NCBI GenBank assembly: GCA_028023455.1 | Contig: JAQFVV010000002.1 | Span: 32,116,001 to 32,180,000, forward strand | Direction of reading: 5' to 3' | Source of the DNA: Epiperipatus broadwayi | Taxonomy: Eukaryota; Animalia; Onychophora | Length of the DNA: 64,000 nt | Part shown: positions 62,493 through 64,000 of the stretch, piece by piece | Layout: every line of letters starts with the position of its first letter | Numbering within the stretch: the first letter of the stretch is position 1 | Position numbers and translations under genes: made by a program | Notes under the pieces: generated by a model | Told to the model about the DNA's origin: nothing | Seen by the model: the letters and a program-made list of their open reading frames with translations, nothing else | Databases searched by the model: none

Positions 62493-64000
62493 GTAATAGA
62501 TATAATAGGTACTTGTTCTTTATTATTATATAATTCTTGATAAAAGTTTTCAACCCATTTCATGATGTCCTCTCTCTTTTAAGTAATAATTCCATCTTTT
62601 TTTCTTATTGCAGATATAAATTTCCTACCAATTCCAAAATGTTGTTTTACATTCTTGAGACTTTTATTTTCTTCTACAGCTTTCCCTGCTAGTTCACAGT
62701 TATACTTTCTTATATCATTTTCAACTCTTTTCCGTACCATTTTACAAAATTCGAGATATTCAATCCTTTGTAATGCATCATTTTTATATATCTTCATATT
62801 CCTTCTTTTCTTCATAAATTCTCTAGTCTCAGTAGAAATTTTATTGGCCAATTGCTGAGTTTTTCTACCAGATATCTTTGTTGCAGTTTTTAAAAGTGTA
62901 TAAGTTATTTTCCTATTAATGTCATTTAAATCTAAATCATGTTCAAAATCTACTAATACTTGAAACCGATTTGTAAGTTCTAATTTAAATTCACTAGAAT
63001 GTTTTTGAAGATTAGGAATATCAACTGTAAAAATTGTTTTTCTTAATAATTTTTGTCTTTCTGGTTTTGCATTAACTCGTATCTTACATCTTACTAGTCG
63101 ATGATCACTTCCTGTGTTAAATATATATATATCTGAGGAAATTTATATCTGCAATAAGAAACAAAGATGGAATTATTACTTAAAAAAGAGATGACATTAT
63201 GAAATGGGTAGAAGACTTTTATCAAGAATTATATAGTAATAAAGAACAAGTACCTCCTATATCTATTACATCTTCTGAATTGCCCAGAATTTTAAATGAA
63301 GAAGTGAGATATGCAGTTAAATGTATGAAGAAAGGAAAGGCTCCAGGTAATGATGGAATTATAATTGATATATTAAAAGAAGCAGGTGAAGATGTAGAAT
63401 TTTTTTTAGCAAAGTTATATACCAAATGTCTAAATGATAAAGATGTACCAGATGATTGGAAGAATGCAGTAATAATATTAATATTTAAAAAAGGTGATAA
63501 AGAAGATATTAGAAATTATAGACCTATCAGCCTTTTATCAGTTTTATACAAAATTCTTACCAAAATAATTACAACTCGTCTACAGAGCACCTTGGATTTC
63601 CACCAACCAAGAGAACAAGTTGGATTTAAAAGTGGTTTTAGTACAGTAGATCATATGCAGGTATTGAGACAAATTATTGAAAGGACAAATGAATATGAGT
63701 TGCCATTATGTTTGGATTTGTAGATTATGAAAAGGCATTTGATTCTATAAACATTTCTTCAGTGATTAAAGCATTGGATCATTAAGGTATAGATCCAGGA
63801 TATTGTCATATTTTAAAGAATATTTATAAAAATGCAACAGCAACAATTACATTACATAATGATACAGGGAAAGTTAACATTGAGAAGGTTGTAAGACAAG
63901 GTGACTCCATATCTACTCCATATCTCCAAAACTTATTACAGCAGTGCTGTAAGAAACATTTTGTGGATTAAAATGGGAAACTAAAGGAGTGAAAGTAAAT
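62493..64000 (+). mobile_element. RTE-clade LINE with 5' inversion; continues past the window end
   Basis: 62493-63120 is a minus-strand EN/linker segment (FNTGSDHRL...KKDGIIT). About 63135-64000 is the plus-strand linker + RT (ORF 63199-63723). The two segments overlap by about 130 nt. Confidence 0.92.

Overview
AT-rich animal (probably arthropod) genomic DNA, almost entirely transposon-derived. Only one host coding exon is recognisable: the first coding exon of BIRC6/Bruce (36860-37037, +). I found no exon 2, so 37038-64000 is probably BIRC6 intron 1. The rest is layered TE debris: Penelope-like elements (PLEs), RTE, Vingi/Ingi-like and other LINEs, a decayed Gypsy element with both LTRs (16127-23770), and hAT elements. 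The most striking unexplained structure is about ten fold-back (inverted-repeat) insertions. Several carry minimal type I hammerhead-ribozyme (HHR) motifs with palindromic stem III, from at least four sequence families. One core-intact copy lies in sense orientation in the putative BIRC6 intron, entirely inside the loop of a long hairpin. One PLE terminal repeat couples a tRNA-Lys-like Pol III cassette to HHR cores. All calls come from manual reading, translation and motif recognition; no searches were run, and TE boundaries without TSD/TIR support are approximate.
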